Below, piece by piece: positions 1 through 12,874 of a stretch of DNA of 64,000 nt. The notes beneath the pieces are model-generated. The model was not told where the DNA came from, did not search any database, and saw only the letters and a list, made by a program, of their open reading frames with translations. A program made the translations under genes and the position numbers. The stretch is from the human T2T-CHM13v2.0 reference genome, Homo sapiens. How positions within the stretch are numbered: the first letter of the stretch is position 1; each line of letters starts with the position of its first letter. The stretch is from the NCBI RefSeq assembly GCF_009914755.1, contig NC_060947.1, one strand, 5' to 3'.

Positions 1-844
1 AAGTGGAGAACAAGCTACAGGAAGCTTTCTAACATGAAGTCAAGACTCTGGATGAGTAGAAAATGTAAGAAATTATAAGAACAACTGTTCAGTTATAGTT
101 GAATGTGTTAGGTGCCTTTATATTAAAAGTTTGCTGTGAAATTTGCCTTCTCCAAATCTTCCTTGTATTACAAAATAAACAAGTCTGAGTCATAATAAAT
201 AAGCAATACTTTAGAACTACCCTAAGCCTTGGGAAATTTGTTTAAATTTCTTATCTCTGCCAAACAGCAGTTATGACTCGTAGCTGATAATGGACAACTC
301 TGCGTCTCTGCACACCATCTCCTCATAAGGTGTGCCAAAATCACAAAACAACATCTTAGAAGGTTGAACTGACCCCTTAAAAAATCAACATCGCTGAGAA
401 AAGAGCTTCGTGCTGTGTACTGGCAGCAGCAGAGCAAACAAAATGCACTTGAGCACCATAACCACAACTTTTCCAGGAAGTATTTCACAGAAATAAATTT
501 TAAAATTTGAAAAAAATTAAGAAGAAATCATTGAACTTTTAGTGAATTTGTCAACAATGTCAGTACTAAGTAGTAAGAAAATAAAATTAATTACCTACAG
601 AATGGTCCTTTGGTTTTAACAAGTCATGAAAGCAGAACTAGTCAATCTACCATTTTCATCACGTAGAAAGGAGTACATAGAAAAGTGCTCATTTGTTCCT
701 GCAATTTTTTGTTGTCGTTGGCTCAATTAAAATAATCATCAAATAAAGTTTTTCACTAATGCATTTGAGTCATGGCCCTGTATGCCCATATCTGCTTGTC
801 CACATATATACATGGACATATACACACAAGCTTTATTGTCAGAA

Positions 845-1020
845 AGACCTGAACTTGGGCAATATATTTTAACCCCTCTGAAACCCTCATTATCAGCTAT
901 GTAGTATAGAATATAATAACCTCTACTTCATAGTGCTGCTTATGAGCATAAGATAAACAGTGTAAAACACTTAGTACAGTACTTGGCAAATAGTAAGCAC
1001 CTTAAAATACTTTATTACTT
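845..1020 (+). mobile_element. MIR SINE
   Basis: MIR core and 3' end: 'ttgggcaa...aacccctctgaaaccctc', 'tgtaaaacacttagtacagtacttggcaaatagtaagcac'. Confidence 0.75.
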
Positions 1021-1032
1021 TTACTATTCCCA

Positions 1033-1752
1033 TTTTTATTATTTTTAATTGACATAATAATTGTATATATTTATGGGATACAGTGAGTATGTGATAATCA
1101 AATAAGGTTAATTTACATATTCATCACTTCAAACATTTATCATTTCTTTGTGTTGGAAACATTCAAAATCTGTTCTTCTAGCTATTTGAAAATATACAAT
1201 AAATATTGTTGATTTCAGTCCCTCTTTAGTGCTACAGAACACTAGAACTTATTCCTCTTATCTAGCTGTACCTTTGTACCTGTTGACCAAACTTTGGCTA
1301 TCCTCTCTTCCTCAAACCTTTCCCCATCTCTAGTAACCACAATTCTAGTGTCTACTCCTATGAGATCAACTTTTTTGCAACCACATGTGAGTGAGGACAT
1401 GTGGTATTTATTCTTCCGTGCCTGGCTTTTTCCATTTTGCATAATGACCTCTAAACTCATCCATGTTGTTGTGAATTACAGAATTTTGTTCTTTTTATGG
1501 CTAAATAGTATTCCATTGTGTATCTATGACACATTTTATTTATCTATTCATATTTTGATGGCCACTTAGGTTGATTCCATACTTTGGCTGTTATGAATAT
1601 TGCTTCAAGAAAACATGGGAGTGTGGATATCTTTATGAGGTGGTGATTTCATTCTCTTCGGGTATATACCCAGAAGTGAGATTGCTGGCTCATACAGTAA
1701 TTCCATTTCTAGTTTTCTAAGGAATCTTTATACTGTTTTCCATAATGGCTGT
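1033..1752 (-). mobile_element. L1MA-type LINE-1 3' fragment
   Basis: T-rich tail then antisense L1M 3'UTR ('ttcttctagctatttgaaaatatacaat', 'atatacccagaagtgagattgctgg'). Confidence 0.8.
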
Positions 1753-1964
1753 TCTTATCATCATCATTAGTATTATATAACTCTAGTACCAGAGATGCCC
1801 TTATATTGAAAGGCTTAATTTATTCTATGTGTAGCAAGGTTATCACACTTTTCTTGACTAAAGCTCATACAGGGAATTATGGAGAGCATATACAGGCATG
1901 TGTGTGTGTCAGGATGTAAGTGTTGAAGGATGTTTCACACTTTGCCTCTTTTTGCACCTTACTT

Positions 1965-2995
1965 CACTTATTCAACCAATATTTATTGAATATATTCTAT
2001 GTGTTAGGTGATTTGCTAGCACTGGGGATCTACAGGAAAAAAAGACAAATTTCTTGCTATTTGTTAGTAGGGACTAAATGTTTTAAAATACAGACATTAA
2101 GCAGGCTATCACATTTATAAGCAAAACAATTTGAGAGCATAAGAAGTACTCTGAAGGAAACAAACAGAAAGCTGGAGCAAAGAGCAATGAGTGAGACTTC
2201 CTTATGATAGAATTTTCAGGTAAGAGCTCTCAAAAGAAATTATATTTAAACTGAGACTGAAGGATTCACATTAAATGCTTAGTACAAATATTGAAGAGTG
2301 AGGAGATGAGTATACTAGAATGAAGGGGGAAAAAAATGTAAAGGCCTGAAAGAAAGGAAGAACTGAGCATGTTTAAGGAACAGGAAGAAGACAAATAAGT
2401 GTAAGTTATGTGAGCAAGGGGGTGGGTAGGTGGTATGTCATCCATTCCTTCATTCATCCATTCAACAAAAATAACAACTAAACACAAACACACAAATAAC
2501 ATGTGTGCATGCGCACATGCACTCACATAGTACACAGAGACAGAAAGAGAAGCCACTATGTGTGCCAAGCACTGTTCTTGGCTTTGGGAATACCTCAACA
2601 AATAAAAATGTCTCCAGACTAATGAAGTGGTATGTTATTGAGAAAGAGACTTAAACCATAAATATAAACCATATAGTATTTTTTTAAAATAAAAGCAATG
2701 GTAAGATATATAAGGAGAAATAGGTTAGGAGCTTCCATTTTAATTAGGATAATTTAAAATTTCCTACATATGTGAATATGTAGGACAATAATATTCCAGG
2801 CAAAGGCACTAAGACAAAAGAATGAGAAATGTATTTGAAGAACACCAGGGAAGCCAGTGTGATTGGAGAGGAGGGAGCAAAATAGAAGAAAGCATCAGAT
2901 GAGCTGAGAGAGGAATGGGGACCAGATTGTTCAGGTACTTCTAGACCATTGTAGGGTACATCATGCAGGTACTTCTAGACCATTGTAAGGGTTTT
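1965..2995 (-). mobile_element. L2 LINE fragments
   Basis: Antisense L2 3' ends 'ttcaaccaatatttattgaat' and 'cattcatccattcaacaaaa', purine-rich body; interrupted by L1 and resumes near 7490. Confidence 0.7.
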
Positions 2996-2999
2996 AGTT

Positions 3000-5900
3000 T
3001 GTTTTATTTAAAAAAATAAAAAAGCTTCATTGAGATATAATTCACATACCATAAAATTCAGTATTTTAAATTGTACAGTTTAGTGACATTTAGAGCATTC
3101 ACAAAGATGTGCAATCATGTTATAAATATTATTTGTCTATTCTTCAGTTGCTTGTCCCTATATTTTCAGATATAATAAGCTTTAGGATATAAATACAGAT
3201 GTGTTTGCAAAACTAGAAAAAAAGAGGAATTCACGCCACAGCAATAGATGAAGTTTCCAATTTCTTCACATCCTAGCCAATGTTTATTATTGTTTGTCAA
3301 GTTTATTAGAGCCATCTTAGTGAGTGAAAAGTGGTATCTCATTGTAGTTTTGATGAGCATTTTCCTAACACTAATGGTGTTGCATATATTTTCATGTGCT
3401 TATTTGCCATTTGTACATCTTTTTTGGAGAAATGTCTTTGCATATCATTTGCCCATATTTAATTGGGTTATTTTTCTTTTTATTATTGAGCTGTAAGAGC
3501 TATTTACATCCTCCAAATATAAATTCCTTATGGGATATATGATTTGCAAACATTTTGTTCCACTTCATGGGTTGTCTTTTCAATTTTTTGGTAATGTCCT
3601 TTGAAGCACAAAGTTTTTAAATTTGATGATGTCCAGTTTGTGTTCCACTTCCTTTTGTGGCTTATAATTACGTTGTCATATCTAAAAACCATTGCCTAGT
3701 CTGATGTCACAAATATTTATCTCTATATTTTCTTTTAAGAATTACAAAATTTTAGCTCTTTCAGTTAGGTCTTTGATCCATTTTGAATTAACTTTTGTAT
3801 ATGATATGAGATAAGGTTCAAACCTCATCCCCTTGCATGAGGGAATGATGCAGTTCTCCCAGTATCATCTGCTGAAAAAACTATTACTTCCCCCATCTAC
3901 TTGTTTTGGCACCTTGTCATACCATATGTGCATATTTATTTTTGGATATTCAACTCTACTTCACTCACTAATATGTCTGTCTTTAGGCCAGTACCACACA
4001 GCTTTGGTTACCCTATTCTTTTAATAAGTTTTGGAGTAGGGGATTGTGACTCCTCCAACTTTATTCTTATTTTTCAAGATAGTTTTGGCTGTTTTAGATC
4101 CCTTGCATTTTATATCAATTTTTGGTTTCTTGCATTTCTATATGAATGTTGTAAATTCCAACAGGGAAATAGATAGAGATTGTGTTGAGTCTGGGGATCA
4201 ATTTGGTAAGTATTGCTATCTTAACAATATTAAGTCTTCTAAGCTATGAAAATGGAAAGTTTTTCCATTTACTTAGGTCTTCTTTACTTTCTTTCAACAA
4301 TTTTTTGTAGTTTTCATTGTATGTATCTTTCACTTCATGTGTTAATTTTATTCCTATTTTATCCTTTTTGACACTATTATAAATGAAATTGTTTTCTTAG
4401 TTTCATTTGCTGGTTGTTTATTGCTGGTGTATAGAAATAACAGTGATTGTGTATATTGATCTTGTATCCCACAACCTTGTTGAATTTATTAATTCTAATA
4501 GTTTCTGTGGACTCTTTATGATATTCCATATACAGGATCATGACATCTGTGAATAGACCTAATGGTACTTCTTCCTTTCCAATCTGGATGCTTTTATTTC
4601 TTTTTCTTGCCTAATTGCTCTGGCAAAAAATTGTAGTACAATGTCACAAAAAAGTGGCAAAAGTAGAAATGCTGGTCTTCTTGATCTAGAGGGAAAGTCT
4701 TCAGTCTTTCACCACTAAGTTGATGTCAGCTGTGTGTTTGTCTATAATAAAAATATTTATCTTAAAGTCTATTTCATCTAATATTAGTTTAGGTCCACCA
4801 GCTCTGTTGTGGGTGCTTTCTACATACTATATATTTTTCCAAACTTTTATTCTCAATCTATTTGGGCGTGTGAATCTAAAGTGAGTTTCTTGCAGATAGC
4901 ATATAGTTGGATCATGTTTTAATATTTTTTAATCCCTTTGGTCAATTTCTGTCCTTTTATGTAATTATTAATGATAGGATTTAAATATGCCATTTTTTCC
5001 TTTCTTTTCTGTATGCTTTATATCTCACTTTTTCCTGTATTTCTCCATTATTATCTTCTTTTGTGTTAGAGAGAAATTTTCCAGTATTTCATTTTAATTC
5101 CAATATTGTTTATTTTATGATATTTTTGAGCTATATACTCAGTGGTTGCATTAGAGATTACAATTAACATCTTAACATATCACAATCTACTTTGGATAAG
5201 TAACACTTAAATTCCAATAGTTATATATAAACTTAGCTTTTATATTACTCAGTTTCTTCCTCATTCCTTTGTCATAATGATGTCAGATGGATTTTATAAA
5301 CCCATTAACACAGATTTGTAATGATTTCCTTAGGAAATTGTCTTTTAAATCAGGAAGGAGAAGAAAATAGTTAAAAATCATTTATACATTTTTATTCTAT
5401 ATTTATGTATGCAGTCATTTTAACAGTGTTTTTTATTTCTTCACATGGATTTGAGTTACTGTCTAGTGTTCTTTTATTTCAGCATGAAAGACACCCTTTA
5501 ATATTTCTTGTAAGTCAGGGTTGCTGGCAACAAATTCTGTCAGTTTCTGATTATCTGGAAAATTTTTTATTTTCTCCTTCATTTTCCATCTAGCAAAGGA
5601 TAGCTCTGCTAGATATAGAATTCTTCATTGACAGCATCTCTTCTGTATATTTTAAATTTGTTAATCCACTGCCTTCTGGGCTACATGATTTCTGATGGGA
5701 ATTCACTTGTTAATCTTACTGAGAAACTTTTGTACATGATGAGTCACTCTTCCTCTTGCTGCTATTAAAATTCTCTCTTTGCTTTGGCTTTTGACATGTT
5801 GATTATGATTTATCTAGGTGTGGATCTCTTTGAATTTATCCTACTCAGGAAATGTTGAGCTTGTTAGATGTATACATTAATGTGTTTGGTCTTATCTGGA

Positions 5901-7488
5901 GAGTTTTCAGCCATTATTTCTTTAAATATACTTTTTCCTTTTATTTCTTCTTCTGGAACTTCTATTATGCATATATTGGTATGCCTGATGATGTCTCACA
6001 GGTCTCTGAGTTTCTGTTCATTTTTTTTGTTATTTCTTCCTGTTTCTCAGACAGTATACTCTCAATTAACACATATTCAAGTTCATTTATTCTGTCACCT
6101 GCTTTCTCAAATATGCTATTGAGTCTCTCTTATAAATTTTCTATTTTAGTTATTCTATTTTCAACTCCAAAACCCCTATATGGTTATTTTTAAATTTTCT
6201 ATCTTGTTATTAATATTGGCTATTGGGTGAGATATTGTTATTACATTTTTCTTAATTCTTTAGACTTTTTTTATTTCTTTGAACATATTTGCAATAGCTA
6301 ATTTGTAGTATTATCTGGTAAGTCTAACATCCGGGCTTCCTTTGGAACATTTCCTGTTGATTGCTTTTGTTTGTGTGTATAGAACACACTTTCTTATTTT
6401 GGAGGGGCTCATAATTTTTTGTTGAAATATGTACATTTTAAGTGATATAATGTAAAATTCTGGAATTCAAATTCCTCTCATTCACCAGGATTTGTTATTA
6501 CGGTCTATTGCTTTTGTTCTTGCAGCTATTTTATTGTTAGTGACTTTCATGGATTATTTAAAGTCTGTATTATTTGTGCTGTTCAACTACTGAATTGTCT
6601 GCTTGGTTAGCTTAGTAGTCAGCTAATGACTGGACAGAGATTTAATTAAATGTCTTGAACTAATAAGTCTCCTAGCCGTGACAGAGGGGCTCTGTTTGCA
6701 TATTGTGGCACACATTCAATGCTCTCTCAGGCAGTTTACAACTCCGGCTTAACCTTTATACCCTGCTTGCAGAGCTTCAAAGTGAACGACAGGCAAGAAA
6801 TAGGATCTTCTCAGGGCTTTCCTGGACATTCACATAGTCTACATGTGTCCATGTGTGGCTTTCTAGATCCTATGAGTGTGCTAAAACTTTTCAAAGCTCT
6901 TTATGGCCATCTCGTCCACCAGTTTTTCTTTTTAAGTATTTTAGTCAGTCTTTTGTTAGTACCAACTGGTAACAACACCTCAAGTAGCTGCCCTGTTAAA
7001 CAACTTCCACTGATTCTTTTGGCAAATGTCCTGGGAAAAGGGTTATTTACACAGTGACTTATTAGTCAGCTCAAATAAAAAGAACCCCAGAAAATGTGCT
7101 TTTCAACAATCTATTAGAAAAGTCAAATCGTGGCAATTCTGTGGGGAGGTGGTTTTGGGGAAAATTCAAACCTGTTATACCCTCTCCCATGGTGGCTAAG
7201 CTTCTGGTTTTCATGGCTGCTATCATTGTGAGGCTGTTGATTTTCAAAGCTATCATGGATTTAGGGAGAACAAATGGGATTCGGGCAAATTAAAACACCA
7301 TGAAGGCCACTTCTCATTAAGATGATGTTTTCTTTCTTGAATAAATGCTTCTTAGATTATTGTAAATTTTTGATTAATTTCCAGAGTTCTAAAAAAATTT
7401 GCTTTGACAATTGTTGTCAGTGTTTCTATTACTTTTATAGAGAAGGAGATTTTTGGAGTTACTTACGTCCCATTTTGGAGGTTCTTCT
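3000..7488 (-). mobile_element. Old L1M (L1MB/L1MC-like) antisense block: 3'UTR, ORF2 remnants and ORF1/5' region
   Basis: Minus-strand ORF 3166-3360 reads '[15 protein letters not shown]' (ORF2 C-terminus); T-rich antisense L1 text throughout; probably more than one piece. Confidence 0.75.
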
Positions 7489-7489
7489 C

Positions 7490-8335
7490 AAAGGCTTTAA
7501 CTTTTACTTTGAAGGAAATGGTAGGTTTTTAAAGGTATTTGAGAAGTGGAGTATCCTGATTCAACTTACATTTTAAAAGGGTTACTCTGACTATTGTATG
7601 AAGAATCAACTTTAATGGGTCAAGGGCAGAGGCATAGAGACTACTTAGAAGAATATTTCAACAGCTTAAGTGAAAGTTGATGGTGGCCTAGAACAAGGTG
7701 GTAATAAAAAGTGGTGGGAAGTGACAGGATTTTGAAAATAATTTGAAGGAAGAGTCACTAAGATTTAATGATGGATTGGATCAGGTTGTGAAAAAAAAGA
7801 GTCAAAGATGACTCAAATGTTTGTGTTCTAAATAACTGGAATGGACATAATGAAGATGGGGCTATCAGAAAATATTTTGGAGAGAGGAGGTACGAAGACA
7901 GAGTGAGAGTTAAATTTTTCACGTTAATTTTGAGATATCCATTAAACCAAAAAAGAAGCAATGTTAGTTAAGAATTTGATTATTTGAGTCTGCATTTCAG
8001 GGGAGAGATGTGAATTGGAAATATGAATATGAAAATTGTCAACATATAGAGTATATTTAAAGCCACAGGACTGGATGAGGTCACTAAGGGATAAGTAGCT
8101 AGAAAAGACAAAAAGTCCAAGAACTGAGGCCTGAGGAATTCCAATCTTAGGAGGTTATGGAGAAAAAACAACCTTAAAAGAATACTGAAATGGAGGGGCT
8201 AGTTAGCTAGTAGGTAAATCAGGAGAGTGTATTGTTTTGCAAAACAAAGGGTATGAAGAAGAGTGATCAAATCTCTCAAATGCTGCCATTAGGCCAAGTA
8301 AGGGAAGAACAGAAAATTGACCAGATAAACTAGCA
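7490..8335 (-). mobile_element. L2 LINE (continuation of 1965-2995)
   Basis: 'gagtcaaagatgactc', 'tatttaaagccacaggactggatgaggtcac' typical of antisense L2. Confidence 0.75.
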
Positions 8336-8670
8336 TTTCCTATGAAGTAAAATAGGCATAAACATCATATTGTGTTTTGTTAACAGGTTACTGAGAGGCT
8401 AAGTGAGATTACATGGCTGTCCCCCATCCTGAGATAGAGTTATATAATATGTGGGGAGCTGCAGATAACTTTGACATCTTCTATTTTTGCTTGCAAACAC
8501 ATCTGCACATTTTATTCTGTGAGATGTGTCATGAAAAGTTTATTTTTTTCTCTTTTGAATGTTTTTTTAAAAGAGAACCAATTTGAGGTCTGGCAATGGC
8601 AGAGTGGCTTGTTTTGGACAATCATCTCACAGATTTACAAAACTCTGTACAAAATATTAAAAATGAGCTA

Positions 8671-9857
8671 CAGTCAACTGCTGCATACCAATGTTTCGGT
8701 CAACCTGACTGAATATATAATCGTTGTCCTATAAGATTATAATGACACTGAAAAATGTCAGTGATATCAGAGCTGTCATGATGTAGTGCAACAGATTACT
8801 CACATAGTCATGGTGATGTATAAACAAATCTTCTGCACTAACAGTCATATAAAAGTCAAGCACATACAATTATGTGTAGTACATAATACTTGTTAATAAT
8901 AATAAATGACTATGTTACTGATTTATGTATTTACTATACTATACTTAATTATCATTATTTTACAATGTACTCCTTCTATTTATCTTTGTAAGTTAACTGT
9001 AAAACAGCCTCAGGTAGATCCTTCAGGAGGTATTCCAGAAGACATTATTTTCATAAGACACGACAACTTCATGCATGGTATTGCCTCTGAAGACCTTCCA
9101 GTGGTCCAGCGGGACAAGATGTGGAAGTGAAGATGGTGATATTGATGATCCTAACCCTGTATAGGCCTAAGCTAATGTGTGTTTGTTTGTATCTTATTTT
9201 TTTAACAACAAAGTTTAAAGAGATTTTTTAAAAATTAGGTAGAAAAAAACTCATAAAATAAAAATATAAAGAAAATATTTTGTACAGTTGTACAATGTGT
9301 TTGTATTTTAAGCTGTGTTATGAGTCAAAAAGTCTAAAACATTTGAAAAGTTTATAAAGTAGAAAAGTTACACCAAATTAAGTTTGATTTACTATTGAAG
9401 AAATAAATTTTAAATAAATTTAGTATACTCTAAGTGTACAGTGTCTATAAAGTCTGCAGTAGTAAACAGTAATACCCTAGGCCTTCACATTCACTCAAAA
9501 CTCAGTCACAGACTCACCCAGAGCAATTTCCAGTCCTACAAGCTCCATTTATGGTAAGTGCCCTATACAAATATACCATTTTTAAACTTTTATGCCATAT
9601 TTTACTGTACCATGTCTATGTTTAGATATGTTCGTATGATTACCATTGTGTTACAATTGCCTACAGTATTCAGTAGAGTAACATCCTGTACAGGTTTGTA
9701 GCCTAGGAACAATAGGCAGTATCACATAGCCTAGGTGTGTAGTAGGCTATACCATCTAGGTTTGTGTAAGTACACTCTATGATGTTGGCACAACAAAAAA
9801 ATCGCCTAATGATGCATTTCTCAAAATATACCCCCAATGTTAAGTGACCTATGATTG
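8671..9857 (+). mobile_element. Tigger3b (MER7B)-like TcMar DNA transposon
   Basis: Degenerate TIRs 'cagtcaactgctgcata' / 'taagtgacctatgattg', TA duplications at 8669-8670 and 9858-9859, internal 'gtaggctataccatctaggtttgtgtaagtacactctatgatgtt', ~1.19 kb. Confidence 0.8.
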
Positions 9858-10317
9858 TATTTGAAGGTACTGGAGAGCACCCGAAAGCAGACAGAAACTG
9901 GACTGCATTCAACTGCTAATAGAAAGAAACCACACTGAGTAAGGTCCATATCTATGTAGTTTTCTCCTAAGGGCACTACCCAGGAAATTTGATGTGAGGT
10001 ACCTAGAACGCAAGGAGAAATCTCAAGTCATATTGGTTTGAGGTATTAGAAAATGGGATTGGGACTTGCCAGAGCAGCTAAAAATTGAAGAGGAAAATCC
10101 CAGAAAGGGGAGTGTCACAGAGAAGTGAGTTCTAATTTTTATGTAAAATACCCTAACACAAATATGTACAGAAAAAACAATAAGAAAGCTTACAGAAAGC
10201 AACAGAAATAAGGCAAAAAAAAAAACTGAAACAGATATTTCAGTGTTTGCTCACCATAGGGAGACAGAGCCTAGTGTGAATTCCATTAATTTAGGAGACC
10301 TTGATAAATATCTTAAT

Positions 10318-10602
10318 TGAAACAGGGTCTTGCTCTGTCACCCAGTCTGGAGTGCAGTGGCATAGTCAGAGCTCACTGCAGTCTCAAACTTCCAAGCTCA
10401 AGTGATCCTCGCACCTCAGCCTCCTGAGTAGCTGGGACCACAGGCAAGCGCCACCATGCCCGACTAATTTTTGTATTTTTTGTAGAGATGGGATTTTGCC
10501 ATGTTGCCCAGGTTGGTCTCCAACTCCTGGACCAAAGGGATCCTCCTGCCTTTGCCTCCCAAAGTGCAGGGATTAAACAGGCATAAGCCACTGCGCCCAG
10601 CC
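10318..10602 (-). mobile_element. AluJ
   Basis: Dimeric Alu with J-type 'acagggtcttgctctgtcaccc', 'gctcaagtgatcctc'; poly(A) tail eroded. Confidence 0.9.
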
Positions 10603-12534
10603 TATAAATGTATTAGACTTTCTGTTAAAATTCTGGAAAGACCATACCTTAAGAATAAGGACTATCTCCAAAGGTTAAGGATCCCCTGTAAGCAAAACTA
10701 GTCAGATCCAGACTAACAAAGTATCAAATGAAGGCTCCAAAAGTTTAAGATAATCAGCCTATGATTTAAAAGTCAGCTGGAGTGAAAATCAAAACACTCT
10801 TAGAAGAAAATATAAGAATCAATAATCTCTAAAAAATATTATCAAGTTTCCACTACGCAACCAAATATCACTAGAGATGAATTTTCAAAAACATAAAATC
10901 ATAAGAAAAAAGTTAATACAATGAATCTGTAATAATCCAGATGTTAAATTAGCAGATGACATTTTAAAAGCTATTATAAATATGTTCAAGAACTTTAAAA
11001 AGATAAGGTGGTCAAAACAGGTGGACAAATGGGTATACCAACAGATAAATCAAAATTATAAAAAAGACCAAATGGAAATTCTAGGACTACAACCTATGAC
11101 ATTTAACATGAAAACTGGCTGGCAGATAACAGGGGGAAAAAATTGGTAGTAAACTTGGAGACAGAGTGATACAAATTATCCTATGTGGGAAAAAAGTAAA
11201 GAAGATTTTTTAAAACATAATTAACCACATTGACTGAATTCACATTTCTAAAACACTGCTGGGTCATAAAATATGTCTTAAAAATTTCAAATATGGAAAT
11301 CTAAATAATATGTTTTCTGACCACAAAGGAAATAAAATTAGAAATGAACAGCAGTAGAACATCTCAAAAAAACTCACATATTTGGAATTTAAATCACATA
11401 CTAATAAGTAACACATGAAGAACTCACAAGAAAGATTAGAGAATACTTCAAACAATGAAAATGAAAATACAATACAAAAATTTGTAGGATACAGCTAAAA
11501 CAGTGCCTCGAAGAATATTTATCACTTTAAATGCTCATGTTTAAAAAGAAGAAAGGTTTAAAATCAATTATCTACATTTCAACTGTAGAAAAGTAGGAAG
11601 AGACAAGCAGATTAAACCCAGTATGAAAAGAAGGGAAGAAATAATCTAAATAAGAATAGATACACATAAACAAGAAAACACAAAATGAGTAAAGCTAAAA
11701 GTGTGTTCTTTTAACATATTTATTAAATGGTTAAATCACAAGCAAATCTGATTGATTAGGGGAAAAAGAGACAGAGATGACTTTCACTTTTGGTAATAGC
11801 TGAGTAAGATCTTACTAGACCAACACTCCTGCAAGTAACAGCTACAAATTCCAGACATAATACAAAATACAGCCAACTGGAGACACTGGGGAGAAAATAG
11901 AAAAGAACAGAATCTAATGAAGAGGCTATACTTGGAAGAGAGGAGTTGCACAAAATGAGTTCCCATTTTCATGGTTTTAGCTTAAGGCTATGTGTAGGTA
12001 GCAAGGTGGGCAGAGTGGTAGTGGTTGGGGGAAGGCAGTCTTTCTCTTCTGGGGATACAGAAAACTGAATCTGGAGAAACAACAGTGCTGTAGAAAGAGG
12101 GAATATCCCACAAGGAAAACACCAAGGGAATGAATCCCTAAATTCTGTCTGACCATATGTTTGGGTGATGCTGAATCACGCAGCAGGTTTAAAGAAGTTC
12201 AGTTGAATATAAAAGATATGAAATAAGACTGAAGATTCCACCCAAAAAGCAGATTTTGCAGTCTGAATATAACTGACATAATTGCCAGTTAAAACAAAAG
12301 AAACGCTCATCAGAAAAAAGTAACAGAATTTTTATACTCTACAATTTAACATTTATCATGTCTGTGATGCAATCGAAAATCATTCAACGTATAAAGAAAC
12401 AGGAAAATGTTATACATTCTCAATACAAAAGAAAATCAACTAATACTCATCACTAGCTGACACAAATAACAGAATTGGCAGACGTATTTTAAAGCATTTT
12501 TCTAGCTATTCTTAGTGAAGTAAAAAAAAAAATA

Positions 12535-12737
12535 CAGTCATGCATCGCATAATGACGTTTCAGAAAACAACAAACTGCATACATGATGGTGGTCCCATAA
12601 GATTATAATGGAGCTATATAATGGGGTAGGCTATACCATCTAGGTTTGTGCAGGTACACTCTGATGTTTGCACAATAAGGAAATGCCTGACAACACATTT
12701 CTCAGAATGTATCTCCATCATAAATGGCGTAGGACTA
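12535..12737 (+). mobile_element. Internally deleted Tigger3a/MER7-like MITE
   Basis: TIR 'cagtcatgcatcgcataatgacgtttc', TA on both sides, both ends homologous to the 8671-9857 element. Confidence 0.8.
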
Positions 12738-12874
12738 TATTTGAAATGAATGTAAAGACAGAAAATCTCGCCAAGAAAAAAAAAGAAACAAAGAAAAAAA
12801 AGCCTAAATGGAATTACATAACTGAAAATACAATCTCTGAAATTAAATACACTGGACTTACTTAAAAGCAGAAT

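Larger units (their letters stand above)
9900..12863 (+). mobile_element. Ancient L1M fragments (5'/ORF1/ORF2 remnants), host to later insertions
   Basis: A-rich sense L1 text e.g. 'tgttttctgaccacaaaggaaataaaattagaaat', 'atttgtaggatacagctaaaacagtgc'; continues after 18941. Confidence 0.6.
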
